A stretch of DNA of 63,725 nucleotides, filler included, from Intoshia linei (Eukaryota; Animalia; Orthonectida): the NCBI GenBank assembly GCA_001642005.1. It is 4 parts of 4 records of this genome, joined end to end, with 100 filler letters (N's around TTAATTAATTAA, not from the genome) between each part and the next. Parts side by side here need not be neighbours in the genome. Positions count along the whole stretch, not along the records: positions 19,802 to 45,857 come from LWCA01000484.1; positions 45,958 to 54,244 come from LWCA01001489.1; 2 more parts are not named here. One strand, 5' to 3'. The notes under the pieces were generated by a model. That model did not search any database, was not told where the DNA came from, and was given only the letters and a program-made list of their open reading frames with translations. Both the position numbers and the translations under genes were made by a program. Numbering within the stretch: position 1 is the stretch's first letter; the number at the start of each line of letters is the position of its first letter. Below are positions 39,235 to 52,864 of this stretch, piece after piece.

Positions 39235-40340
39235 TACCAAAGTGCATTTTTTGATCATGAAGACGTCACTTTGTGAAATTAAAATTTTTTTAAATTCTAG
39301 GAATTATTTTAATTTTTTAAAAAATAGGGCAATCTAGAGTTTTGATCATGAAAATTAACTTTTTTGAGATTGCAATTTATGATAATACTTATGATTTAAA
39401 AAAACATATAACAGGTTGTATGTTTTATAAAATTCTAAGTTTTTTCGTTTTTAAATAAAAAAGTAATTTATGGTTTTGACAATGAAGATATACCTTTTTG
39501 AAATTATACTCCTTACTTATATAATATGCTTTGTTTGTCTGTGTGCGTGTGTTATCGTTTATTTCAATAACTACAGTCTTAGAATTTTATATAGTCCACA
39601 TTTCAATTACAGTTTTTTCCGGGGGTGTCAGCAAAATAAATTTCAACTTCCCAAACTCATATTTGACGGGTCAAAAAGTCCAATTGTTCTTTTTTTTGAA
39701 AATCAAACGAGTTCAAAAATTTAAAAAAATATACACTCTGATACGGATTTTAAAATCATAAATATTATCATCAATTTAAATTCAAAAAAAATATATTTTC
39801 AAAGCTAAAACACCAAATAACTTTTTTTTTTAATGAAAACAGCCCTAGAATTTAAAAAAATTTACAGGTGGTACAGTTTATCCTGTACACACAAAAAATT
39901 TCAATCTAAATAAGTGACACCTTCACGGTCAAAAAAGTATTTTAGTATTCATATATTTTTTTCCTAAATATTTTATTAACAATGTATGTAAAACAAAAAA
40001 TGTAAAATAATTAACGCTCCGAAAATTAAAAAAAATAAATAATCTGATAGAGCTTATTCCAGTTGATATAAATACCAAACTTCAGCGCCATAAAATCTAT
40101 GCATTTCAGGTGAAAAATATTTTTCAAATATTTCGCTAAAATAAAAATAAAAAATGTAAATATTGATCCTACAATTTCAAAAAAAATGTGTATTAAACGT
40201 CTACACATTCAAATAAAGAAATATGGGTAAAAATCTATATAATTGATTCCTTTGGAATTTTTTTCATTGCTACACAATTTTTAAATCTCAAATTATCATT
40301 TTTTAAAATTTAAATTAAAACTACAACAACGAATTACTAA
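39235..40340 (+). repeat. Longest copy of repeat family A, with an internal long inverted duplication
   Basis: Contains CCTTACTTATATAATATGC..TTTGTTTGTCTGTGTG; 39240-39500 is a diverged inverted copy of ~39690-39945; short copies also at 12742-12900 and 19585-19701. Confidence 0.8.
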
Positions 40341-40497
40341 AATTTTTTTATAAAAAGGTTATTTTATGAAGTAAAAAACAGCCAAATGAGTTTAATCTAA
40401 ATTACAATAAATATATATAAATGTAGTTGTAATAAATAAAATATAATACAAAATATGAAATAATTGGTTATAAAATTTATTAAAAATACAAAAAATT

Positions 40498-42095
40498 TTA
40501 AAAGTTTGGAAAAGGCAAATTTAAAAAAGTGGTAGCCATTAAACAAAAATTATAATTTTTCTTTACAGTTAAATTAGATTTAGACAAGTCTTGCTTAGGC
40601 TGAATAATATTACCATTTTCAAGATATTTCCAAAATATTCGATCGTAATTATGTTGAATGGGTTTTATTTTTCCAATAAACAATTTAATGTACGAATTGA
40701 AGAATTTTGGTAATTTATACATTTTTTTTCCTTCACTTTTTTGACAATATATTTCACAATGAGAATCGAAAAGTTGAATATCAAATAAAAATATGTTGAG
40801 TAAATAAGAAGGTGGGATTTCTAGAAAATGCAACAATAGAATGGCGACTTTAAATTCAATAAATTCATCGTTGTTGGGGGCTTCGGATACAAAACTTTTT
40901 ATTTCGCTTTCTTTAAACAATTTTGATATATTTTTCATTTTATCTAAGAATATAATGTAATATTGACTAAGAAAATAATTTTATTCTTAATCAAAGTTGT
41001 TTAAAAATTACTAATATTCGCTGTTTGTATAATCCACTCAATACGAGGATTAGAAAATACACCCGTATGATCAGAACATGTTTGTGCCAAAAAATTATCC
41101 AATTTACAAAATTTGTTGATACATTTATTCAATAAATTATAATCAAAATTCAGCAAGTGAAACAAATGATAAGTGTATCGTAAGGCATCGTCAATATTAT
41201 AACTATGATTTCTACCTGTAAATGCGACAAAATTAGATGAAACATTAATCAATCTAATATATTTGGATTTTACGAGATTTATAGTTCTTGTATCTTCCGG
41301 ATTAGTATCACTGGAAATTTCTTCGCACGATACTAATTCACGTTTTCTTTTGTTTTGTCTAAAGCTACACGTGTTATAATCTAAAAAATTGGCTAAATTC
41401 AGATATAGCGCTACATCAAAACTAAATTTATGCATGACGTTTCTACCCATTTTTTCAACACCATATCGAAAATCTTTGAATTTAGGAATGTTATAGTATC
41501 TGCGAAATAGCAATCCATTTGTGATGTCATTATATGTCAAAGTGTTAATATAATTGGTGAAATATTTTTTGCAAAAAAAAGGGATTTTATATTCATCATT
41601 TTCACTTTCAACATTATTTATGTTTTGTTTTTTAAGATTAATCCAACAACCTTTTTCAGGGTCTATACAAACATTTGATATTTCGATTATTTCAAGATCA
41701 TTAATAGTTAATTTTGCAAAATATAACAAAATTACACCAATTTTTATATGAATATACTTTTCATTGTCTGGAGCATTTTTTATAAAATTAATAATTTCCG
41801 CTTCTGAAAATCTTCTCACGGGATTCATAGGTTCAATATCGTTTCGGTAACTTTTAAGTAAAGTGTCAACTCGTTGAAATGATTTTATATGTAATCCAAA
41901 TTTTTTGTAGTATATTGAATTTAATATGACAAATAAACAACATATTGTACTTTTTTTATATTTTTTTTTTAGTTCTAATAATTTGGCATAATCGTAAAAA
42001 TCATCTTCGTCGAAATTTTCAAGTTTATCATTAAAAAGACAGAATTCTTCCCAGAGTTGATTTTTTTGTTTTTCTGCTTTGGTGAAAGGTTTCAT
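40498..42095 (-). CDS. Tyrosine-recombinase (Crypton-like) derived protein with two tandem, apparently inactive domains
   Basis: ORF 42095-41001: KKYKKSTI, FSEAEIINFIKNAPDNEKYIHIKIGVILL, VALYLNLANFLDYNTCSFR. ORF 40938-40498 repeats FKESEIKSFVSEAPNNDEFIEFKVAILLL..ATTFLNLP. A phase-1 GT-AG intron (e.g. 41011-40944) joins them in frame. Confidence 0.7.
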
Positions 42096-42567
42096 TTGAA
42101 CATATAATAAATATTAAGGTTTTTATATTAATTACGCTTCATGAACGCAGTTTCTAGTAAGAATTTTTGATTTACATGAATGTTAATAAAATTAAAGTAA
42201 AATGGTAACGTAGCCAATATATTGTCACTAACGTTAGTCTTCAATGATTAATAATCACTATGGCAAGTTTTTGTCAAAATACAATATAAATTGTCAAAGA
42301 AGAACTTTCATAAAAATTATCATTTTTCATTATTGCTTAGTTATATAAATCATAATTTGTTATAAAAAATTTGAAAAATGTCAAAAAAAAAACTTGTCCT
42401 AATAATCACTATTGTTATCATTTTGATATTTATTCCACAATGAGCTACCAGACTTGCCAGAAAACTGATTAAAATATTAAGAAAAAGTACTAAAAAATTA
42501 AGGTGATAAAATTTTAAACTGACAAAATAATTAATAAGTTAAAACATAAAATTTTAAGTTACATTAC

Positions 42568-45122
42568 TGTAGTATCCAAGAAGCACATATTATAACGTTG
42601 TACTTTATTGATTAAACGATAATTGTTAACTCGTGAATGTTAGATACAACATTGGTGTCAGAAGTGCTAAGTGGTAAACCCAACATATTGTTATCGAATG
42701 ATGGTGACTTATTGATGAACGTGAAAGATTGGATTGATAAATTTGAAAATTTTAGACTTTTGCATTATGATGATTCATCATATAAGAGAATCGAAAAGTA
42801 GTTTTATTGAAAATATGCATCTGTGACGAGGCGAAAAGACGCTTAAAACTATTATTTTTTTTTTGAAATATTTTATTAAAACAAAAAATGTGCATTGTAC
42901 GTCTACACATTTCCAATAAAGACATATGGGTGAAAAATCTATATAATTCATTTTTTCGCAATTTTTAAATTTCAAATTTAAATAAGAAACTAAAAAAACT
43001 TTGTTAATATCATTTTTATATTACAATCCTTTGCAATAATGGTAAAATTCGACTGAAATGTTTATAAAGTGAAGATTCAGTTAATTATTGATACACAATT
43101 AGTATTTTTAAGTATTTATTAAATTGGTATGGAATATATGTCATCTCTATTTTAAATGACTTGGATTGTGTTATATGTTATATGGATGATATTATAGTAG
43201 CATCTAATGATAAAGATCAGTATAAAAAAGATTTAAAAGAAGTGTTTATGCGAATACACAAATATAACATCACATTAAAGCTTATTAAAACATTTGTTGG
43301 TCAGGAAAAAATAAATATATTGGGCCACGTTGTTGATAAAGACGGAATTAACATTGACCCAAATAAAGTAAAAGCTATAGGAAATATAGCAGCACCTACC
43401 ACTCTTAAACGGTTACGTTCTTTTATAGGAATGTGTAGTTATCATAGACAATACATAAAAAACTTTGCTGATATAGTTGGACCATTACATGACTTACTAA
43501 AGCATAGATCGCAATTTATTTGGACTAATGATTGTAATAAGGCTTATATTAATTTAAAAAATTTAACTTCGGCACCGGTACTATCATTTCCAATAGTAGA
43601 TGTACCTTTCATTCTAGAAACTGATGCTTCAAATAAAGCAATGGGTGCCGTGTTAAAGCAGAATGGGAAAATAATTATAGCAACGTTGAAAAAGAATTAT
43701 TAGCCGTAGCATGGGCCATTCCAAAATTTAAATATTATCTTTATAGTACTACATTTACAGTTATTACTGATCATCGACCTCTAGGTGTATATTAGAAATT
43801 CCAAAAGATTAAGTAAAAGGCAATTCAAATGGATTCAACAACTTGAAAATTACAATTTTGAAATAATATATAGAGAAGGAAAATTTAATTATACTGCAGA
43901 TATACTGTCACGTCCCCAGTTTGATTCCGTTAACTCTATCAAATTTGTACCAGTTTCATTTGATGTACAGACATATCAATCCAATAATAATGACTGTCAG
44001 AAAGCTTTATGTAATATTAATGAAATCACGAAAGATAATATATATTATCGTTTTAAAAAGAATTTAATAATAAAGGATGCCATATTATATTTTAAAAAAG
44101 GTGATATTTTGGTTCCAGTAGTTCCACCAAAATTAATTCCAAAAATTCTGGAATATAATCACACAAATTACAGTTATTGTCATTCTGGAATTTCAAAAAC
44201 CAAACGAATACTTAATCAACTCTATTTTTGGCCACAACAAACACGCACAATTGTTAGCTACCTACAAAATTGTAACATTAACAAGTCTCGTAATCATAAT
44301 TTTTATAAAGAATTAACCTGTTAAAACTGATAAATTTAATTTTCTTTGGCAAATTGATATATGTGGTCCTTTCACTGAATCGAATAATGGTTTTAAATAT
44401 GGTGGATGGGTTGAAAGTTGTCCTGTTTTTAATATTTCTGCAGATATTATATTTGATGTTCATTCACATCATTCAGCATTCACATATTATAACTAGATAC
44501 GGACCTCCGTTAGAAATTCATACGGATCTTGGTAAACAATTCGAATCTAATTTATTTAAAGAATTATGTAAGCGATTTGAAATAAAACGATCTACTTCAG
44601 AACCATATCGACATCAACAAAATGTGGCGGTAGAACGATTTTATCGATATTTTCGAAAGAAGTTGAACATATGTTGCAAGAATGATGGGTCAAATTGGGA
44701 CGAATATTTAAACGATATATTGTTATCCGTTCGTCTATTACCCCATGAAAAATGGAGAATCTCGCCATTGGAGGTTTTATTCGGGTCACAAAGAAGCTCA
44801 TCCATTCCAAATTACTGTTTGAAAAGTTCTTGGAAAGACACTCTGGCGTATAGAAACAATTAAGATAAAAAAGTTCAAAAATCAGTATCCTATCATGCTG
44901 AAAATTTTATATCTAATGAACCAAAAATTTCTAAAGAACAACTTAGATACAAGTCTCGAGTCTCAAAATTACCATCAAAATTTCAAGACTACATCGTCGA
45001 CTTAAATGGAGAGGTGTAGTGCAATAACAAAATATCTTTATTTAATACTCTATTATCGTTATCGCACTAGAACATACACTCAAGATTATTTTAAACTTGT
45101 GATTAAACTTATAAACACTACA
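42568..45122 (+). mobile_element. Decayed Ty3/Gypsy LTR retrotransposon
   Basis: LTR-like 42568-42651 followed by PBS TGGTGTCAGAAGTG; RT YMDD, RNase H ETDAS, integrase HHCC remnant and IHTDLGKQF..VERF in RT-RH-IN order with frameshifts; PPT AAATGGAGAGG then TGTAGTG..CACTACA (45015-45122). Confidence 0.92.
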
Positions 45123-45202
45123 CATAATACAAAGTATTATTTTATACTTTATTATGGTACAATATTAAATATTTCTTTATATTGTCATGTGCAAAATTTC
45201 TG

Positions 45203-45857
45203 TTATGTTAAGTTATTTGGTTTATATAGATGTTTTGTTTTATTCAACATACTAAAACTTCTCTCTATTCCATTAGATGTTGATGGTCCATTTCTTAATG
45301 TACTGTACAGTGAAGGAGGCTTAGATTTATTCAAAGCCATCATTATATTTGTAATGTTATTGGTTTTCAACCTTTTTTCTATGTAATGAAGTATTTTGCA
45401 TGGATCTGGAACAAATTTTAAATTTTGTAATGTTTCAAATGCTTTATTAATGTTAAATGAGTCTTTTGTCAATTTAATCACATCATCAATAGTGTGCAGT
45501 ACAAGTTGGCCATTCATATTACTATCAATTTTTTTACAATCGAATAGCATTAATTTCTGAGGGTTTTCTAATGTACCAACCATAACATTAACATATTTAA
45601 CATCATTTAAATCTCTCATCCGATATCATCAATATCAATTGATTTGAGCAACACAGTTTAATTCTTTCAATTTCATTCGAATATAATAGGTCAACTTTAC
45701 CACGACAGTTATTTTCAGAAAGGTTTACCTATATTGATAAATAATTATTTTAATTTTATATTATTTAATTTATGTAATGGTATGTCTGTTGACAAAAAGC
45801 TTTTAACACTTCTAATGCAAAATCACTCTTAACTTTTAAGTATTTTCGTATAGGAAT
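45203..45857 (-). pseudogene. hAT-like transposase remnant
   Basis: ORF 45619-45203 ends with STSNGIERSFSML (hAT C-terminal dimerisation motif); runs up to the contig end. Confidence 0.6.
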
Positions 45858-45957
45858 NNNNNNNNNNNNNNNNNNNNNNNNNNNNNNNNNNNNNNNNNNN
45901 NTTAATTAATTAANNNNNNNNNNNNNNNNNNNNNNNNNNNNNNNNNNNNNNNNNNNN
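45858..45957. other. Artificial contig spacer
   Basis: N44-TTAATTAATTAA-N44. Confidence 0.97.
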
Positions 45958-46235
45958 ATTACTCACAAAACAAAGGAATTTTTTATCTAATAACGTTAAA
46001 AAATATTTAATATTGTAACATAATAAATCTTAATATTTAATTTTTTAAATTATTTTTAACAGGGGGGACCAAATTAAATGTTTAATGTATTTATTATAGG
46101 TTAAAAAAGTTAGAATTTTATTTTGATGATTTTATAGGCTAGAAAAAGCTTGCCCTAATTATAATATACATACATACTATGTATAGTACATATAACTAAG
46201 AGGTCATCGTTTCCATGAAAATGTCATTTTTATTT

Positions 46236-49200
46236 TTATTTTTTTTTGTTATCTTCTTTTCTACTTAGCGTTAAAATTATTTCATGCGTAGAGTTTTTTA
46301 TTATTTCTACCAAATCTTTGTGAGTCAATTGGCTAGTTGGTATTGAATTTATCTTTTCTAATTTGTCTCGAACTGAAATCATGTTGGTTTTGTAAGCTAA
46401 ACCGCCATAGTTAATGCTTTTAATGTAGTAGCCTTCGCAATCAAATGTATTAGAACCTGATTTACCGCAACCCACTACACTTAGCCCAAGTGTACTATTA
46501 TCAAAGAGAGGTATTGTGACTTGAAAAGGTGACGACCAGTTGAGATCGGAGGGTAACTTGCCATTAAATAGTACTAGCAATTTTTTCTTAATTTCCTCGT
46601 TTCTGGAACGTAGCATTTCTTCTTCAGATAGACAACGCTGAGTTACATCTGCAGTATCTACATATTGTTTCGGTGATTTTCCATGTTTTTCTTGAATTTT
46701 AATGTTTTCTTGAATATGAAATTGAAAATCATTTTTGGGAATAAATGTTAATATGACGCTGCGATTAAGATTTGAACGCAAAATTATTGACTTGACAGTC
46801 ATTCTTTCAACATCACAAAGGTTTTCCCCATTTACAGCTACCAAATAATCCCCAATTTCAGGTTTTGCGTTGTCACTACGCGCAAATTCTAATTTTCCTT
46901 CATTTATCCAATTTATCATAATTTCATCAATTAAATAACCGTTTTTGTGTTGATCAGCATCATCATTAAATGTTATTGACAATTCCTTTTCACCAAGAAT
47001 GAGAAATACGTTTCTGTATAAGGCTGTGGGTAAAAAATTTTCAATTGATGACTTTGATGAATCTGAATCATTCTGATTCAATATTTTGTTTTCTAGTATA
47101 TTTGAAACATTAATATCATCATTAGAATCATTGACATTACCATGCCCATTAGTAAATTTGTCAGATTTTTCATATGCATCTAAAAATTTATCATTAGCAT
47201 TGTTTTCATCACTGACAACGTCACTATTTAAAGATTTATCATTTTGATAATAGCGTTGAATTATGGATTCTTTTTCTTTGTGTCTAGACACGACAAAGGT
47301 AATTGAATTTGATAAAGATTTGAGTATAGCAACAACTTGCAAATGTCCATATTTAGTTAAAATGGTACCGTTAACTTCCAATAAACTGTCTCCTATAACT
47401 AACGGCACTGCAGAACGTGAAACAAGTCCATCAGGTACGATTTGTCGGATAAGATGTACTTGACTTCCTTTAGTAGGTTTTGTGGTGCCTTCCAGTACTA
47501 GTCCCAAAGTTTCTTGGTTTTCTTTAAACAACTGCACTAAAAATATTTCAACATTTTCGGTACTCAATCGCTTTCGCCATTTTTCAAGGATAAACATTTT
47601 GTCTTTTTCAGTCATTTCACCATTATTTTTAAGATAATAACTTTTATGTGCCGATATTGGTCGTTTCAAACAAAGCAATACAACTTCACCAGCATTCTTC
47701 AATGTTTCAAATGCCTTTTCATTTTCGACATTTAGCAAGCTTTTTCCATTGACTTCGATAATTTGGTCACCTACTAAAACATTTCCATGTTTCTGGGCTG
47801 ATGAATTTTGTGTAACTCTGCTTATAAAAACTCCGGGGACAAATTTATTACCCTGACACGTCCGATAACCACTAACTTTTATTCCTAGTCCACCATCTTT
47901 TTTATGTAAAATTACTACAATTTTAACACAATTTTCTTCGTTATTTATAATGGTATCACTATTGAATGATTTTGAAACTTTTTCAATTGTATCGTCCAAT
48001 GCAACATCCGGTTCGATAATAATTTTGTTATCGTTGGTCAAGTGAATACGGTTTAAACCTTCATGGAATTCTTTCCATTCTATATGCAGTTTATCAACCT
48101 CTTCCCATATGTTTTTTGATTCAATTACACATTTTAAATCTTTGTTACCATTAAAATCCTTGTAATCAAATTCACTTGCTTCTCTGCCAATAATCAAATG
48201 GACATTATTTCCCGCGTGTCTGAGTAAAGTAGCCACTTGGGCGCAATTTGTTCCTTGCACGCTAAATTCACCAATTTGTAAAATGTTGTCTCCACTTTTT
48301 ATTCTACCGTCCCGGTGAGTTAAACCACCGGATACAATTGTTTTTATTATAATGTTTGATTTTTGTGCATCGTAAATTCCAAAACCCAGGCCAGATTTGT
48401 CAACAACCAAATCTATTACTTCAATTTCAGCATATTCAGATGGAATCTAAAATTTAAAAAATTAGAATGATTGGGAGGATGGAACCACCAAAAAAAATTT
48501 TATTTGAAATTCAATATTTTTATTGTTATTGGGTACAACTGAAAACAATTTGAAAACCTGAATGAATGCAGGGGTTGCCAAATCGATCCATCTGGGCCCT
48601 GGGTCCATATAAAATTGGTGATGTGAAAAAAATGAAAAAATGTGATCAGGAAAATATTCATTTTTAATCTTAAGAAAATGGAAAACTCTGTTGACCTCTG
48701 ATTTAATGCATAATTATAAAATTTACCGGTATATTTATAGTTACATCTCCATCATCGGACGGATTGTAAAAAATAAATCTGTATTTTTCTCCATCGAAAT
48801 TTTCTTTAAAAAATTCTTCGAAATTTGTAATTGGTGACAAAAAATTTCGATTAATAGCAATTAATTGATATCCAATATTTACATTGTATCTATAAATTAT
48901 AAAATAATGCTAATTGTATAATGCCGGTTCGCGAAATAATTGCGTGAAAAATTTTTGAAAAATCGTGAGAAATATGACCAATGATCATTAAGAGGATTAT
49001 TAATTTTTTTAGTATAGCCATCTTAATATTCGCAATTTTATCATATACTACAGATCAAATGTAGTGTATTAATTTTAAGAATATATTCAAAATTTTTTTC
49101 CGGTGTGTATTCTAATAAAAAAATTGCTACTCAACCCCTCCACTTGAAATAAGCTAAATTTCTTACCTGTATGAGAGAAAATGAGCGACATTTTTTCAGT

Positions 49201-51182
49201 AAAATTTTCAATTGAATGACCCATATTCATTAATAAATATGTAGATTTCAATGATACGATAGTGAACCTTGTTTACTCATAGAATGTAAATTCTTTCATG
49301 ATATTTAATTTCTAAGGTAAATATTTCTTGAAGTATGTTAAAACAAGTCAAGTGTGTATTTTTATCACAAAAATACACATTTTGCCATCACTGTGGTATA
49401 CTAAATGAAATTACCTTTGGGCAATATTTTGATCAATTTTGGAGATAAAATAAGAACCAAAACAAGATTTAGATGTAATAACATTTTTTTGTCTTTTAAT
49501 TAAGATTCCATACAAATTAAACATTTTTTGAAATTTAGTAAAAGAAGTACAAGTAGAAAGATCAATGTGATGTTTTTTGTCCAATTCAACGAATAAAACA
49601 TTTGTCAACTCTCCATTAAAATGCTTACTTAATGTAGCATAAAAAGTAGGATCTTTAGTTTTCAAAATCATGAATGAATCGTTTCTTGATTTTATAATAT
49701 TATTTATTCCTATATACTCCCTAAACTGACCATCAATGATTTTATTTGTATCTCCATTTGTAACGTATGGACGACACACCTTTATTTGATTTGTACATGT
49801 TTGTTTTTTTATAGGAATTGTTAATTCAATATTGTTTGAATTATCATTTTTAATATTTTTTTTCTCTTTGGACTTTGATTCCAAATCTGGTTTTGTTTTT
49901 TCTATAAAATTTTATATTATAAAAAACATTAAAATACCCGAAAAAAAAGTAGCATCAATATATTTCCATAAAATTCAACTATTTTTCAAATCGGGTATAA
50001 TAAAATATATTGAAAATTTTAAATTCTATGAACCTGTAATTTTGATTGAAATGAGACGTTATTAAAGTTTACAAAATTTTTATAATCCATTCTAACATTA
50101 ATCAAAATTAAATATAATTAAAGCAACTTGTCCAAAATTTTCATTTTTGATAATTAATCAAAAAAATAAATGAAAATGAAAGATTTCTTGACTAGCTAAA
50201 AATTGTAATGTTATCGATAACATCATATTGCCTGTCTTAAAAATAGTAAGAATTAACGCATTTTTTTATATTTATACAATTTTCAATTTAAAATTGTTCT
50301 TTAAATTTTTATATTACAGTTTTTATTCACAATAATTGGTATTTAGAAAAGTAAAATCAATACATTTAGAATACACTATAAACATGTTAATTTAACTTGT
50401 TAATTAATGAGGTATTGACTAAAATGTATGGAACTATTTGTTCAATTCATTAAGTTACCGTCCCAACATTATACTTTATAGCGCAATTTTAAATATTACA
50501 TATACAGGTAATATTCATTATATTTAATTTGTGATTTATTTTTACAAATGAATTTCTGTGTTAGATTGAGATAATTTAAATTTTTAAAATATTTTGTATT
50601 ACCTACATTTTCATTATTATTGTTTCGCTTAATGCACGTTTACTTCAATTATTTAATTCAATTTTTAGAGATTTAATTTTAACTAGTCTCAAAACACCTT
50701 AACCAGATTGAGCTGAGTCAGCGTGATTTAATAATTGATTTTGATTTATAAAAATATATTATCAAAATTTACTTTTTTCAGTTATAGTTTGTTCAATATT
50801 TGACATGTTATGGATTTCATTAGTTTCAGTTTTTTCATAGAAACTATTGGATAGTTCAATTTTATCTATACCCTCATATGATCCTTTGTTGACGACTATA
50901 TCACCTTTTTTTGTTATAATAAATTGATGAGAAGCTAAATTTTGTCTTGATCTTTTATTCCTTAATTGTCCCAATGAATTTTGCATGTTCAAGTACATTT
51001 CCATTACTGGTGATGTTAATGTACTTACAAACATTTTACTATATTCACTTTCAATTCCCTTTTCTTTTAAAAAAGTTTGCAACCATTTTGCAGATTTATT
51101 GCAATCTAAATTGAATCTTTTATTTCAATCAATTTAATGAATTTAAGATAATTATAATTGTCTACATTTTATTGTTTTTCAT
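46236..51182 (-). CDS. Multi-PDZ polarity protein, PATJ/MPDZ (MUPP1) family
   Basis: N-terminal L27-like LQTFLKEKG..STLTSPVMEMYLNMQNSLGQLRNK (51082-50955); 2.2-kb terminal exon with about five PDZ domains (GLGFGI, GLGIKV, TLGLVL, ELSITF, TLGLSV); degenerate PDZ pieces in exons 49884-48728. Confidence 0.88.
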
Positions 51183-52210
51183 ATTTAGTATTTAATTAGT
51201 TGTAATTATAAAAGTTTACACAAAAATACTTATGATGCTATTGTTATTATCTTCTCAAATAAGCTAATGTAGCCAATAAATTACCTTGTAATGACATTAA
51301 AAAATATTAAAATATATTATCAAATTGCTATGGATGAAAAATATAAATTGTTAAATCGATATACATGGTTATTTTTAATTTATACTTGTAAGTTTGAACA
51401 ATGTTCAATGAACATTTTATGTGCATATAATTTGATGAATTAAATTTTAGCCAGTTGTTTTCTATGAACTATTCTAGAGATTATCTATTGTCGGTCATTT
51501 CTATATAAATTTATACAATTAAAATTTTATAATTTTGTTTAACCAAACTTTTTTACTTTTTAAAACGCGCCCAGAGTATGTTTTTTAAAGTTAAGGGTTC
51601 ATTTTATTTTTAAAAAAAATAGAAATTGGATATTTGACCCTGAAGGACTAAATTTCAGAAAATGAAATTTGCGATACTGGAAATATACATCACTAAAAAA
51701 ATTGCATTAGAAATTCAGTTTTTTTAATTTTTTAAGTGAGCGGTAACACAGATATTCAATTTTATCTGTATTTATATGATGGTGGTTGAATAATATTCAT
51801 GCTTAGATTTGTGGTTAATTAAATTCAAAAAAAAATATTCAATATTAAAGTTTATATTTGCCAATTTGAAATTTATACTTTCTAATTAAGATTTAGTAAA
51901 ATTTTTTGTTGGGTCATATTTTTTTATTTTATAGGTTAAAAAACCGCTAGTTATATTCAAAAATATTTTGGATAACAAGCCACAATTAAAAAAAACGTGG
52001 TAGACTCCCCGACGAATCTCGGTACGACCCTGGATCTAAGTGATAACATTCAAATAAACGAAATATTAATTTTAAAAATAGACCATGAGAACTAAACGCA
52101 AAAATATAAAAACCGAATAAGTTTGACATACGACTAGAAAAACGTGACAATTTTTTTGATTTATTTAATTTAAAATAAATTTAATATTTACAATACTAAA
52201 CAAAACAGTA

Positions 52211-52864
52211 TTAATCAGAATCGGAAGAAATTGAAAATACATCATTGTAATCTGAATCAATCGTGTAATGGGTATCAATGGAGGAAAGGCTTGAAATGGT
52301 TGTTACACTAGTCCTAGAGCTGACTGTTCTAGCAGAAATATTATCATCATCGACTTCAGTATCACTGATATAATTGTAAACTTGACGTCGTTCTTCATTC
52401 TCTTCATTGATGACGTCGGACGCAATGTGGTTAAAATCCAAAATTTGATTTAATGGAGGTCCCACCCAGTTGTATAGGTTCCTGCAAATTTGTCTCTGTC
52501 TATAAGTATTATTATTGGCAAAAGTATGAGATTCTGAACTTGTTCTAGTGGGTCTATGCTGAGAATACACATGAGAATCGGTGTCATTAAAATCAACTCT
52601 TTGTAAAAATCTTTGATTAATAGTAACTCGTGTATTAACTTTAATTTTTGAGTGTACTATTCCATTGCAGTTTATATCAGTGTGTATATAATCGTATTCT
52701 TCATTACATAGTGGGCAGTGGTTGGATCGATTTGTCCATTCACTCAAGCAAATATAACAAAAGTAATGATAGCAAGCATCTCCTCTCGCTGGTTTATTTA
52801 TATCGTCGAGGCATATTGCACATTTGTCATCCATGTGAACTATCCTTTTATGCATCATTTTCAA
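52211..52864 (-). CDS. RING-HC finger E3 ligase, Topors-like, intronless
   Basis: CAICLD..DACYHYFCYICLSEW..CPLC C3HC4 RING followed by YDYIH; ERRQVY; Ser/Asp-rich tail. Confidence 0.8.
   Translation of the reverse strand: MKMMHKRIVHMDDKCAICLDDINKPARGDACYHYFCYICLSEWTNRSNHCPLCNEEYDYIHTDINCNGIVHSKIKVNTRVTINQRFLQRVDFNDTDSHVYSQHRPTRTSSESHTFANNNTYRQRQICRNLYNWVGPPLNQILDFNHIASDVINEENEERRQVYNYISDTEVDDDNISARTVSSRTSVTTISSLSSIDTHYTIDSDYNDVFSISSDSD

Noticed and set aside
39510-42157. Helitron capturing the YR-like gene (CTAG|T at ~42154-42158)
   Set aside because: 3' hairpin is weak and the repeat extends upstream of the putative 5' TC; not supportable
42653-42666. tRNA-like sequence
   Set aside because: It is the retrotransposon primer-binding site, not a tRNA gene
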